From NCBI GenBank assembly GCA_951406725.2, contig OX597830.1, positions 76,632,001 through 76,696,000 on the forward strand: 64,000 nt of DNA. Direction: 5' to 3'. The DNA comes from Octopus vulgaris (taxonomy: Eukaryota). The notes under the pieces were generated by a model. The model made no database searches. It had not been told where the DNA came from and saw only the letters and a list, made by a program, of their open reading frames with translations. This document shows, one piece after another, positions 40,160 through 52,678 of this stretch; within the stretch, counting starts at the first letter, position 1, and each line of letters opens with the position of its first letter. A program made the position numbers and the translations under genes.

Positions 40160-40540
40160 TCTTCTTGTCTTGAGACAGCATTCACCCGGGGTGGGTTGAG
40201 CTGGTTTCATTCATCCTCAATGCTGCATCTCTCACAAACGCCGACCAGACCTGGCGATTTGATGCTAACGACCGCGTGATCTTCTACCACTCCTTATTCC
40301 AGCGGCGAACGCCGTAGCCATGGGGGCCTAGGTTAGGTTCCAGATCAGCCTTGACTGTCACCTGCCAGGTTTTTCGTTGTCCACCACATCGCTTTCGCCA
40401 ATCCTGAAGGGGAGCTCGGGCAATTGCTTCGTAGATGAATTCTCCTGGTTGACGACGGAGGGCATAACCCAGCCAATGCAGACGTCTCGTTAGGATGACT
40501 TGTCGGAGGGATGTGATTTTGCACTGGTGTCGCTGGTACA
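40160..40540 (-). pseudogene. RTE-clade LINE 3' fragment
   Basis: RRLHWLGYALRR..WRKRCGGQRKTWQVTVKADLE matches the RTE C-terminal RRL.W.GH..R / G....TW motif. Confidence 0.75.
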
Positions 40541-41627
40541 AAACCAGTGTATCCGCGTGTTAGGAAAGAGTTACCTTTATCATAATGATTCGTGCCGAGG
40601 ATCAACACGCTGACATCACGACTACAGCTCAATGCCTTGGGAATTCTGTAAATGCTGTATGACGTAACTTGGACGTTATGAAAATCGGTATAACTAACAG
40701 ACTTAAAATGAATAAATTCCGGGGTTGGTTTTTTTGGAGTTATTCTCTTCAAGACGGTGCCCCAGCATGGGCGCAAACCAATAAATGAAACGAGTAAAAA
40801 ATGAAAAGATAATACATTAAATACGCGCCTGTGGTTGTGTTTTGCAAAGTGTCTTTGATGTTTGCGCTTGTACGTATGAACTTGTGTGTATATGTGTGTG
40901 TATATGTGTTTCTTGATTTCTTCTTATTAATAGATGAATGCATACGAGTGTCAGTTTAAGCTTTTTATATTTCTGCCCGTATGTTTTAGGAAGCATGTAT
41001 ATTTTCCTCAGTGCTGGATTGACTATTAAGCAAAATAGGCTCGTACTTATGGCATGAAAGTAAAGGTGGAAACCACAGAAATGGTAAATGGTTGACGGTA
41101 AAAAAAGAAATCACTTCAAATTTGCTAGAATTGTATTATAAATGGTTTATAAGATTGGAATATAATTTCGAAGTGTTCATGATGTCAGAGTGAAGATCTC
41201 ATCAAGGACTTTTCGTATACAAATAGTGGGAGTATACAAAAATGAACATTATTTTCCATCTTACTGTTAGTTTTGTTTAATTTTGAGATATAAAAATTTA
41301 TTTTATGACTCATTATTATTTTGCATTAAATATACATAGGGGTACCAAAACCTTTTCAGTACTTAGGACCTCTATGGGTCTTTATCCGTCTCTGATTTTC
41401 CTGCCTCTGTTTAGCTTGTCAACAAAATTGTTCTCCGTTCGAATGGCAGGAAGACGCATGATGATGATATCTGCACAGAGAAAACTTCAGAGACTGTCCA
41501 AGAGTTTGATAATGCATGCAAAAAAAAAATAGAACATGCTACACATCATTATCCACCCAAAACAACTTAAGTCTCTGCATTTAATAGACAAAGATTTTTG
41601 TAGTGAGAGATGCATATTTGAACAAGC

Positions 41628-41677
<50 letters not shown>

Positions 41678-41951
41678 TGGCTACCGGCATAGATTTCCAT
41701 GGATTCTTTAATGATGTTGGACATTTCCTTCATTTTGTTATTATGTTTATTATTTTCCATTTTCTTCCCTGCTTTTTATTTTAATTCATTTGTAATTATT
41801 ATCTTTTGTACATAAATAAAATACTTTACTTATAAATGTATATTTTGGGTTGCTTAATCTTTTTCACTATTTAGGCTGACAGACTTATATATATATATAT
41901 CTGTGTGTGTACATATATACATATATACATTCAGGCATACATATGTATATA

Positions 41952-41982
<31 letters not shown>

Positions 41983-43480
41983 TATATATACGCATATACA
42001 TGCAAGCATACATACAATACATACATACATACATACGTGTTGTACACTTTCAAATCAGACCTGTTCAAGCAAACCTATGATAAAGACGCTTCAACCGTGG
42101 CCGTCCTGTTTCTTCAGAAGTATCGAGAAGTATATACTCTACCGTTCTATAATAAAAAAAAAATGATATTTCTAGCAGACTTCTTTTTATCATTGAAGCA
42201 CCATTATCCGGCGCCCTCGTTGACCACAAATAAGGCAGTGATCTAACGACAGCTGTTTGGACTGTTGTGATTGATACCCGAGAGAAGAGAGGAAGAGGCT
42301 GTGAATGGTACTACAAATGAGATGATGACCTGAAGTGTCAACAGAAAACCCAGGGGTGTGGACCGGGTATATCAATGTACCCAGAAACGTCTCTTAATCT
42401 AAACATATATCTATTGTGTATAACCGCTGCAGGATCGGTTCTAGATATTGTTTTTGTCGTTGTAGTTATTGTTGTTATTGTTGCTGCTGTTGCTGCTTAG
42501 ACCTCAGTCAATCCAGAAGGAACCCATTTATGATCAAAGGCATTCCAAACGCGATCAACCCGACTTTTGTATATATTCACCACTACATTTACCAATGTGT
42601 CCTTCTGTAAGAGAGTATAAGGGCGATCTGAGAGCGATTAGGTTATCTGTTGCTTATCAGGTCGAGCGACCTCGTAAAGACTCCCTCTTTGACTTGTACA
42701 AATGAGGTGATGATATGAGGCGTCAACAGCAGTTCCGGTAACTACAAAAGTGTACAGAGAGACAACGTCGGGTCCCGAACCATATCTATGGTTAACATCA
42801 TGTCTAGAATGGAGTGGAGATACATCCTTGTATATAAAACTACTAATGATCTCATCATAACTACAGAGTTTCACTAGAGAAAGTAGGTTGTAAATCTTTA
42901 TAAATCCTAGAACAAAAAAATTATAAATGTGTTTTGAGAGTTCAAATAATGGTATAGTTCTAATTTAATTTTCTAATAGTCTTGACAATAAGAAACTTCC
43001 TGTTCTCAGCAGTTCCTCTTGATTCTCGTGGGATCTTCCTTTCAGCTTGTGTTAATTACATTATTTATTAGAGAAGGTGACACGCTAAAATCCCTTCTCT
43101 CTGAAGTTCTGATGCTCGGCCTTATTCGTTTAAATTCTTGTGAATGCTATTTGAAAGTAAACGAGGTTCTTCGTTGTGGTTATCAGTATTGAGGTTGTTG
43201 CTGTTTATCCTTCAGGCAGCTTCACTCAAATAGATCTATCGTCGAACACATTAAAGGTGTGACCTACCTATCTTTTTATATGTATACATATATATATATA
43301 TATTAATATTATTATTATTGTTTTTACGTGTTATTTTTGTATTCATATACGTGTAACATCGTCCGTTTTCCTGTCCTTGTTTTGTATACATTCGAAGCTT
43401 TCTTCCAAGGAATCTAATGCGCTTAGCTTAGTTTTTCCTTGGGGCTGGCCAGATTGGAGCAATCTCAAGATTAATCAGCC

Positions 43481-43574
<94 letters not shown>

Positions 43575-43576
<2 letters not shown>

Positions 43577-43748
43577 GATCCCGGGTTGAGTCGGGGTTAA
43601 CCACAGTAAATAAGATACTCAATACATAGCAGAGTAAATTAATTTATTTTATAGAAGGATCTTCTACAGGACAGAAGCTTCCCGATGATTTCATTTGAAT
43701 GAAACAGTTCTAGTCCTGTAGAAGCTCCTTCTATAAAATAAATAAATA
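43575..43748 (+). repeat. (TA)n-flanked foldback cassette with a hammerhead-like motif (core CCGATGA)
   Basis: CCGATGA-TTTCATTTGAAT-GAAAC-AGTTCTA-GTC-CTGTAGAAG (43682-43724). Arms at 43642-43677/43708-43746. Confidence 0.75.
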
Positions 43749-43919
43749 TATATATATATATATACATATAAGACTGCATTGACTAATGAGCACTTCCTTG
43801 TTTTATAACAGGCCAGGGTGTGATTTGAAAGACATTTGTGCGCTGTTACTTGAGGGATGAGAAATCACGCAGTGACCTCATCACTGATGCTATAGCAGTT
43901 AAATGACAATTTTAATATT

Positions 43920-44460
43920 TGGAAACCTTAGTATCTCGGGGCCGTATTCACGTGTAATCGGAAATCAGAGGCCGAATTTTATGCTCGAATTGCATGTACT
44001 GGCATAGTTATGAGCCATATCCAGCTTTCCAGCCCCAGACGAGGAAAGCTTTGTAAAAACGCCACATTCGCTATCTGAATTCGGTTTTCGTGCGCGCATC
44101 CTCACCTATGTCTATGACTATTGGGTAATGATCGAAAGAGTGGGATCGCGTATACAAACGGCAGAAACGGGTTTCCAAGAAAAATCTCTAGAGTAACGTT
44201 ACATGACAGGGTGCATATCTCGATGATGTGGGAGTCTTTGAAAGTCGGGATGCTATTTCTCCGAATTGAGAGGTCACAACTCCAGTGCTACAGACGATTG
44301 ACATGGATGTTGCAGAAAAGAATGGCAAGATGAATCCTTCAAGCCAAGCCAACCGGCGGGAAACCTAGGAGTAGAACGAGATATTTAGATGATATCTGTA
44401 CTTTCAATTCATCATTCTTGAGAATCCAGGTGCAAAGTGTAACGATGGTTGCTTCTGTTA
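43920..44460 (+). pseudogene. Decayed RTE-like LINE 3' ORF fragment
   Basis: F*YLG-like start, then LFLRIERSQLQCY..WM..RMAR*ILQAKPTGGKPRSR. Confidence 0.65.
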
Positions 44461-44804
44461 GGGCTGTATAAAAAAAAAAATCACAAAAAATGGGAAAAGT
44501 AAAACATTAATTCTGTAAGAGAATTGTATATTTTGTAAAATTCCATATTACAATGTTTTGGATAAATTTATTTGTAAACCAACTGCGTGAAGAAACCTTG
44601 TTAATAAGAAACTTCTATATACATATACATACATATACTTATGTGTGTGTATGTGTGTATATGTGTGTCTATGTGTGTATCTATGTGTATTTTTATATGT
44701 GTGTGTGTATACAAATGTGGAAATGTGCCACTCAACATACACACACATATATATACATATATATGTATGCGAGTGCGTGTGTTTGTGCGTATATAAATTA
44801 TATG

Positions 44805-44884
<80 letters not shown>

Positions 44885-45966
44885 CATACATACATACATA
44901 CATACATACATACATACATACATACATACATACATACATACATACGCGCGCACAGTCACACATGATAACAGATAGACACGCATACCAGTACATATAAGCT
45001 CGGAAATACACATACACTTTCACACACATACACTTACACATACATACATTGGACATAGATCGACCTCTTCCAAAATTTTGCCCCATTTTGATTGATCTGG
45101 TCAGTGTTATAACGACATTTAAAACAACAACAACAGCAACAGCAACAACAACAACCCGAGCAGCACCACCACCACCAAAAACATCAACAGCAAAATCAAC
45201 ATCAAGCACTGCCACCTCCTTTCACGTGGCAAAATAAATCATTCATAGTGGCCATCCTTTGGTGAATACCATCGGCAAATGGCAAGCCGAGAAGCGAGAT
45301 CCGCGATATATTCTGTCTAGGAATTGCTCTCTGATGGAACTTCAAACCGTTCGACCTTTAAGGTATCATATTCTAATGTCAGAGACACAGAAGTTATTCC
45401 ATAAATCACAAACAGCATTCCTCTGACCAACATTTTCCATTAATAACAATAAGGAAAGAAGCGAAGAAAGAAGACAGGCAGGCAGCCAGCTAGTAAAGGA
45501 TGGGTGGAATGAGGTAAGGAATATCTATCTATTTATCTATATATCTATGGTTCCATGAAAAAGACAAAAAAACAAAACAAAAGAAAACAAAACAAAATGA
45601 ACCCCAAAATCGGTTCCGTTAATGCCAACACCATTATTTCACGTGAGGTTTCGCTGTTTTCATGACCGACGCGGATAATGGTATCTTCGTGTTTGTTGCG
45701 GTGGTTATTATTGATGCAAATGATGCCGATTACCATGACGACGACGGTGAGGATGATGATGAGGATGACGATGATGATGAAGATCATGACGACGATGATG
45801 AGGATATTGATTGGGGTAATATTTAGGTTGGTAATATTTGCCTGCCTAAAGTGTTATTTGGTTCGATTCCGTCCGAAGATCGGAAACGTAAAATTCGGTA
45901 CAACGTGTCTTTACGTTTACAATTCCCAATATCAATTTCTTATAATTTAATATAAATACATACATA

Positions 45967-46138
45967 GGCGCAGGAGTAGCTGTGTGGTAAGTAGCTTGGT
46001 TACCAACCACATGGTTCCGGGTTCAGTCCACTGCGTGGCACCTTGGGCAAGTGTCTTCTACTATAGCCTCGGGCCGACCAAAGCCTTGTGAGTGGATTTG
46101 GTTGATGGAAACTGAGAGATGCTCGTCGTATATATATG

Positions 46139-46208
<70 letters not shown>

Positions 46209-46460
46209 AGTGTGTGTGTGTGTGTATGTGTGTGTATGTGTGTGTGTATGTTTGTGTGTCTGTGTCTGTCCCCCAACATCGCTTGACGACCGATGCTGGT
46301 GTGTTTACGTCCCCGTAGCCTAGCGGTTCGGCAAAACAGACCGATAGAATAAGTACTAGGCTTACAAAGAATAAGTCATGGGCTCGATTTGCTCGACTAA
46401 AAGGCGGTGCTCCAGCATGGCCACAATCAAATGACTGAAACAAGTAAAAGAGTAAAGAGT
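45967..46460 (+). mobile_element. SINE family A, full length
   Basis: GGCGCAGGAGTAGCTGTGTGGTAAG...AAATGACTGAAACAAGTAAAAGAGT. Confidence 0.92.
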
Positions 46461-46745
46461 AACATGCGCGCGCGTGTGCATGAATTCTTCAGTCATCTGT
46501 GCATATTCATCATGTCAATGCTGTCATCCCTTAAAACAACTTGTTGCCATTTTATGGATGCAAGACATGTAGCACTTCAACATCATGAAGCACTCAATAC
46601 CGCATCTTACCCGCAACATAGGAGAAGAAGCAGAATTTCTAAAGACGAAGAATAACTATCCCAATAGGGAATGCTCGAACATACTATACCAGTTATTATA
46701 AAACTTATGCTCCAACGGCATTACATACGTTACGTTACTGGACTA

Positions 46746-46792
<47 letters not shown>

Positions 46793-46941
46793 AATATAAG
46801 AGAGTGGTCACTATATGGCTCACTCTAGCACCAGTTAATCCAAAAGGTTTCAACCACGAAAATACATGTTTCCCATGAAAGTCAGTACGATTGTTAGCTC
46901 ACACGGACAGGGCAAATAAAAAATAACAAAAATACAGATTA

Positions 46942-47025
46942 TTTTGGGACAATTGTTTCGCTATTAATGAATTAAATGTAATTTTACTTACAAAAAAAAA
47001 TCCATTTGTAGCTCGTCAGCCAAAA
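46942..47025 (-). ncRNA. Hammerhead ribozyme, canonical core
   Basis: Minus strand: TTTTGG-CTGACGA-GCTA..TAGC-GAAAC-AATT-GTC-CCAAAA, with palindromic stem III (ACAATTGT). Confidence 0.92.
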
Positions 47026-47481
47026 CTATCTGGATGAAATCCACTCAATCACACGCCAGATTTTACCATAACGATAAATACGCGTGTGGTTCAATTGATT
47101 ACATCCGACGTTATAATTCAAATGCCCCAACTAACAGCGCGCCAAACTTTCACGGAAAACAAATACAGCATTTAGAAATAAATGCAGCATATATATATAA
47201 TTAATTAATAAGGGTGAGAGAATTAGATACTAATTTAATAGTATATCTATTCAACACCAAGTGGCCTAGTGCTACGAGAAACCTGGATTATTATAATATT
47301 TTATAACATATTATAATATTTTTTACAAAATAAATATAAGAGAGTGGTCACTATATGGCTCACTCTAGCACCAGTTAATCCAAAAGGTTTCAACCACGAA
47401 AATACATGTTTCCCATGAAAGTCAGTACGATTGTTAGCTCACACGGACAGGGCAAATAAAAAATAACAAAAATACAGATTA

Positions 47482-47564
47482 TTTTGGGACAATTGTTTCG
47501 CTATTAATGAATTAAATGTAATTTTACTTACAAAAAAAATCCATTTGTAGCTCGTCAGCCAAAA
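47482..47564 (-). ncRNA. Hammerhead ribozyme, canonical core (second unit)
   Basis: Same as 46942-47025 apart from a 1-nt shorter A-run in loop II; 540 bp away. Confidence 0.92.
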
Positions 47565-48037
47565 CTATCTGGATGAAATCCACTCAATCACACGCCAGAT
47601 TTTACCATAACGATAAATACGCGTGTGGTTCAATTGATTACATCCGACGTTATAATTCAAATGCCCCAACTAACAGCGCGCCAAACTTTCACGGAAAACA
47701 AATACAGCATTTAGAAATAAATGCAGCATAATTATAATTAATTAATAAGGGTGAGAGAATTAGATACTAATTTAATAGTATATCTATTCAACACCAAGTG
47801 GCCTAGTGCTACGAGAAACCTGGATTATTATAATATTTTATAACATATTATAATATTTTTTACAAAATAAATATAAGAGAGTGGTCACTATATGGCTCAC
47901 TCTAGCACCAGTTAATCCAAAAGGTTTCAACCACGAAAATACATGTTTCCCATGAAAGTCAGTACGATTGTTAGCTCACACGGACAGGGCAAATATATAT
48001 ATATACATATATATACATGCATATATATATGTACAAA

Positions 48038-48081
<44 letters not shown>

Positions 48082-48299
48082 TAATCATCTTAGTATTGGG
48101 CATTACGTTCCTAGTAGTTAGCTGATGAAGCGCGGTTACTTCACATCATCCACGGTATTTTCACAATTGTCGCCGGATCTGTCTCAGGAATTCCTCAGTG
48201 TTCGTTGAGTATTTGACAAATGATAGAGACGGAAAATCGAATACACGTAAAACTTTATTGCTCGCAACGATCCTTTCGCCCCATTCTACATCGATCACT

Positions 48300-48443
48300 C
48301 GTTAATTAAATCCTCTTTTACTCGGTTTTAATACAAATTGTTGTTAGTGGGCGTAGATTTAATCCTTGGACAGGAACAGCTTAAATCTACGGTCACTAAC
48401 CACATGCTGTATTAAAACCAAGCGAAACAGGATTTATTTAACG
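48300..48443. repeat. ~145-nt imperfect hairpin inside a (TA)n-bounded unique island
   Basis: CGTTAATTAAATCCT..GGTTTTAATAC..TTAGTGGGCGTAGATTTAA / TTAAATCTACGGTCACTAA..GTATTAAAACC..AGGATTTATTTAACG. Confidence 0.8.
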
Positions 48444-48697
48444 AAACACCCCTTGTAAAATGCACCGAGGCATCCACTACAACCAGTTGCACTGTATCCC
48501 ACTTGCGAGAGATTGAGCAGCATGGGTCGTAATGATCGTGAACAATTAAGATTCCCGTCCTATAATTTGATTTATATATATAAAATATGAATTATAGATA
48601 AAACCAGAAACCGGAAACGGCCCATGAGCCTGGCTAGGCTTGAAAGGACATAAACGTCGTCGTATATATATATATATATAATATCAATAATGCTATT

Positions 48698-48745
<48 letters not shown>

Positions 48746-49200
48746 CATTATTTTACTTGTTTCAGTCATTTGACTGCGGCCATGTTGAGCACCGCTTGAA
48801 AAGGTTTTCTTTAATCAAAGAAATTGACCCCATGACTTATTCTTTGTGAGCCTAGTACTTATTCTATCGGTGTCTTTTGCCGAACCGCTGAGTTACGGGG
48901 ACGTAAATATACCAAAATCGGTTGTACAACAATGGAGGGCGACAAAATCATACACGCACACGCGCGCACGCACACAGACACACAGACACACACACACACA
49001 GAGACAAACACACACATACAACTTATATACACACATATATATATTTACGACGAGTTTTCGGCTTCCGTCTACAAACCTTCTCACAGGCCTTTGGTCGGCC
49101 GGAGGCTATAGTAGAAGACTCTTGCCCAAGGTACCACATAGTGGGACTGAACCCGGAACCATGTGGTTGGGAGGCAAGCTTCTTACCATGCAGCCATGCG
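48746..49200 (-). mobile_element. SINE family A, full length
   Basis: TACTTGTTTCAGTCATTTGACTGCGGCCATG..GTGGGACTGAACCCGGAACCATGTGGTTGG. Confidence 0.88.
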
Positions 49201-49698
49201 TACACCTCATGTATGTGTGTGTGCGTGCGTGCCTGTATTTTATTCTTTATAATATTAATTCTCTGTTTGAAGAAATAATAATGGGAAATGTCTTAGATGT
49301 TTTTCTACACATAATGGGGAATAAACGATACCAAATAATTTTTCAGGTTTTTTTTACTTTGGTACGTAATTACGCCACAAAAAATATTTTCCTATATTTG
49401 AAGGTTTCTCCAATATTTTCAACTATCATATAAATTATAATCTCAAAAATAAACTTGAGAGTGCAGAAAAATGCAGACTTAATATATACCCTATTATAAA
49501 TTTGAGTGATGTTTTTCTGTTGCATTTTTATGTTCGTTAACCGTTCGTTAACTCGTAGACCGTTCGTACAAGGAGTGTGGTGCCCTCTGCAGGAGCAATC
49601 CTGAATGCATCCCGAAGGGTGTCTTTGAGGCAAATGTATATACATATATATATGAATATATATATATGTATATATATGTATGCATATATATTTGTAGG

Positions 49699-49784
<86 letters not shown>

Positions 49785-49840
49785 TGTATGTATGTATATA
49801 TATATATATATATATGCATGTATGTATATATGTATATAAG

Positions 49841-51301
49841 TATATATATATATATATATATAAACTTAGATAAACTTAGATATGTTTCGACCAGAGATTG
49901 GTCCAGGTCATGTCTAACTTAATAGCACCACCTGATAGGATTATTCGAATCCTATTTAAGTCAAGTTTTGTTCAAGTAGTGAGTTCTTGTTGGGTGAGTT
50001 GTATCCAATTATGGGTGGCTTATCTGCTATTCTTTGAAGGAATCTATCCAGACTCTGTTTAAAGTTGATGGGATCCTTTTCCTCTTTGATCTCCCTCGGG
50101 ACAATGTTAAATAGGGCAGGGCCTGTTGAGGAAAAGAAATTATGTTGCAGTGTACATGTATGTTGTGATCTTGAATTTGGCAGGGGACGTATAGCCCGTG
50201 GTCCAAGTCTTGGATGAACCTTGAAGCTAATGTTTAGGTCATTTGGGCAAAGTTGGCGGTATATTTTCCACATCGTACAAATGATGTACCGCTCACGGCG
50301 ACGCTGAAGGGAGTAAAGTTTCAAGGCTTTAAGGCGATCCCAATAATCGAGAGCAGCCATGCCTTCAATTTGTTTAGTGAGAGCCCTCTGGGGTGACTCA
50401 ATTCTGGAGATGTTTTGTCTTGTGTGAGGAGACCACAGTGGGCAGCAGTATTCAAGGTGTGGCCGTACAAAGGAGGAAAAAAGTGGTATGATGACACCTT
50501 GTTCTCTGGACCGGAAAGTTCTTAAGATCCAGGAACTCATCCTACGAGCTATATCGACCTTCTTGTTGATGTACGCACTCCAACTGAGATCGTCATCAAC
50601 AATTACACCCAGATCTCTGATATTGTTAGAGGCTGTGAGCGGTTCCCCTGAAGGAAGAGAGTATGGTTGTTTTAGTGAGGAATTTCTTCCAAAATGCATC
50701 AGCTCAAATTTTCCCTCATTCAGTTGCATTTTGTTTCTGTCTGCCCATTGACTCACAGCATATAGATCAGACTGGAGTTGAGTTCGGTCTGCTTCTTCAT
50801 TGACGATTTGCTGGAGCTTAGTGTCATCAGCGAATATTTTCACTTTGCAGTGATGTACGATACTGGAAAGGTCGTTTACGTAAATTATGAAGAGTAGCGG
50901 GCCCAAAACAGTTCCCTGGGGAACACCGCTGGTGACTTTTGCTGGGTTTGAGTGGACTCCATCAACTACAACATGTTGTGTTCTATTCGCCAGGAAATAC
51001 TTAATCCAGTGTAGAACTTTTCCACGGATTCCAACATTTGCCAATTTTGAGAGTAGGATGTTATGGTCTACCCTGTCGAACGCTTTACTGAAGTCAAGAT
51101 ATATGACGTCAGAGTTCGAACCTGTTCCCAAGGCTTTGAGTACATCTTCAATGTGGTGTAAGAGCTGTGTTAGACAGTCCCTGCCACAGCGAAAGCCATG
51201 CTGATTTGAGTTTAGGAGTTTGTGGGTCTCCAGGAAGTCAGCTATCCTTGATCTTAACACTCTTTCAAACACTTGATCTTAACACTCTTTCAAACACTTT
51301 A
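49841..51301 (-). mobile_element. Young 5'-truncated CR1-like LINE with 27-bp target-site duplication
   Basis: TSD ATGCATGTATGTATATATGTATATAAG at 49814-49840 and 51302-51328. 3' tail (TCTAAGTTTA)2 plus (TA)n. 25-bp tandem duplication at the 5' junction. Confidence 0.92.
49956..51272 (-). CDS. Non-LTR retrotransposon reverse transcriptase (ORF2, N-terminally truncated, open for 438 codons)
   Basis: QHGFRCGRDC, YLDFSKAFDRVDH, SGVPQGTVLGPLLFIIYVNDL, IFADDTKL, RDLGVIVD, RPHLEYC, YSLQRRRER. Confidence 0.95.
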   Translation of the reverse strand: MFERVLRSRIADFLETHKLLNSNQHGFRCGRDCLTQLLHHIEDVLKALGTGSNSDVIYLDFSKAFDRVDHNILLSKLANVGIRGKVLHWIKYFLANRTQHVVVDGVHSNPAKVTSGVPQGTVLGPLLFIIYVNDLSSIVHHCKVKIFADDTKLQQIVNEEADRTQLQSDLYAVSQWADRNKMQLNEGKFELMHFGRNSSLKQPYSLPSGEPLTASNNIRDLGVIVDDDLSWSAYINKKVDIARRMSSWILRTFRSREQGVIIPLFSSFVRPHLEYCCPLWSPHTRQNISRIESPQRALTKQIEGMAALDYWDRLKALKLYSLQRRRERYIICTMWKIYRQLCPNDLNISFKVHPRLGPRAIRPLPNSRSQHTCTLQHNFFSSTGPALFNIVPREIKEEKDPINFKQSLDRFLQRIADKPPIIGYNSPNKNSLLEQNLT

Positions 51302-51951
51302 ATGCATGTATGTATATATGTATATAAGAAACAAGTTGAAAATAACGTTTATTACATATTTTTCCATTATTGGACCAAATCTAGGTTCCACCTGTTTTCA
51401 GTAGTCATTATAGGTACATTACAGATACATTTAGACAATCGGTCATGTGATCAATTCAGGAATATTGAGCAACCTAAGAAAATTAATGCTACATTCGTCA
51501 CAGCCTTTTCTGGTTATATCATTAGTTTTAACTTGTTTCTCCTATATCACTCTGTATAAAAACCAGTTTGACTGAGCTCAACCACAGATTTACAATACAG
51601 AATTGTGATGCACAATAAGCCTTGGATCCTATCAGTGTAAGAAATCTGTGCCAACAGAGAGCTTATGAAGTATTTTGCCCGGATTTATAACCCCTCACTA
51701 TTTGTACGATGCCCCAGCATGGTCAAAGATTTAGGGCTGAAACGTATAAAAGAATAAAAGAGTATATATATATATGTAGATCAATATACAAATGAGGATA
51801 TAAACCTCGGAGGGATAAAAATATCCAAGGTTAGACTGGTCGAATGCCTAGCAAAGCAGGCAATGCATTTATAGTGTTATCACTATTATACAAAACAAGA
51901 GAGAAGATGGAGATAAGATCAATAAAGGTTTATTAACATGGACAAGACCAG

Positions 51952-52062
51952 ACCTACAATTGTTTCAATTCATCACTTGCAGCATAAAAATTAATTTCAG
52001 ATTTAATTTAATTTAGCTAAATTAATTTGGTTAATTACTACAAGTGGGAATATCTTCAGGGA
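51952..52062 (-). ncRNA. Decayed hammerhead motif in a (TA)n-flanked cassette (51777-52255)
   Basis: Minus strand: CC-CTGAAGA-TATTC..GAATT-GAAAC-AATT-GTA-GG. Stems I and II are weak. Confidence 0.5.
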
Positions 52063-52253
52063 AGGATGTACAAAGAAAATGATCATATTTAAAACAAAAG
52101 GAAAACATAAAACAGGAGAAGTACAGTGTAACATTACAGTTAAAAATATATACACAGTTATATAAATGGATACAGTTATAAAAAAAATATAGTCATAAAT
52201 TAATATAAATAATGATAATGCAGACATCTATATAAGTTTTGGGATAAAATCCA

Positions 52254-52291
<38 letters not shown>

Positions 52292-52316
52292 CTATATATG
52301 TATACATATATTTTGT

Positions 52317-52364
<48 letters not shown>

Positions 52365-52430
52365 GCATATATATATATATGTGTGTGTGTGTATATATAT
52401 CTATCTATTCTATTTATAAATACACAGAAA

Positions 52431-52507
<77 letters not shown>

Positions 52508-52625
52508 CAGATAGATAGATAGACAGATGTGTTTATGTATGTATAGATATAAATACTTATATATGAATATATATATGTGTGTGTGTGAGTGTGTGTGTGT
52601 GTATTTGTATATATAGATACTTATG

Positions 52626-52677
<52 letters not shown>

Positions 52678-52678
<1 letters not shown>

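Larger units (their letters stand above)
46787..47994 (-). mobile_element. ORF-less HHR-bearing tandem array, 2.2 copies of a ~540-bp unit (retrozyme / PLE pLTR-like)
   Basis: AGAGTGGTCACTATATGGCTC occurs at 46801, 47341 and 47878. The copies are nearly identical and (TA)n flanks both sides. Confidence 0.92.

Noticed and set aside
42310-42740. C/D-box snoRNAs at TGATGA (42322, 42708)
   Set aside because: No suitably spaced D box with a terminal stem. The two sites look like diverged copies of one repeat (TACAAATGAG.TGATGA..TGA.G.GTCAACAG).
48115-48180. Hammerhead at CTGATGA 48122
   Set aside because: No properly placed GAAA, stem III or stem I partner could be found.
49884-49932. LINE/SINE 3' stem-loop plus GAAAC as a hammerhead
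   Set aside because: There is no CUGANGA core or stem I; it is better explained as the RT-recognition stem-loop.
50488-51559. + strand ORFs overlapping the LINE RT (also 7766..8296 and the - strand 35933..36304)
   Set aside because: Antisense shadows of retroelement coding sequence.
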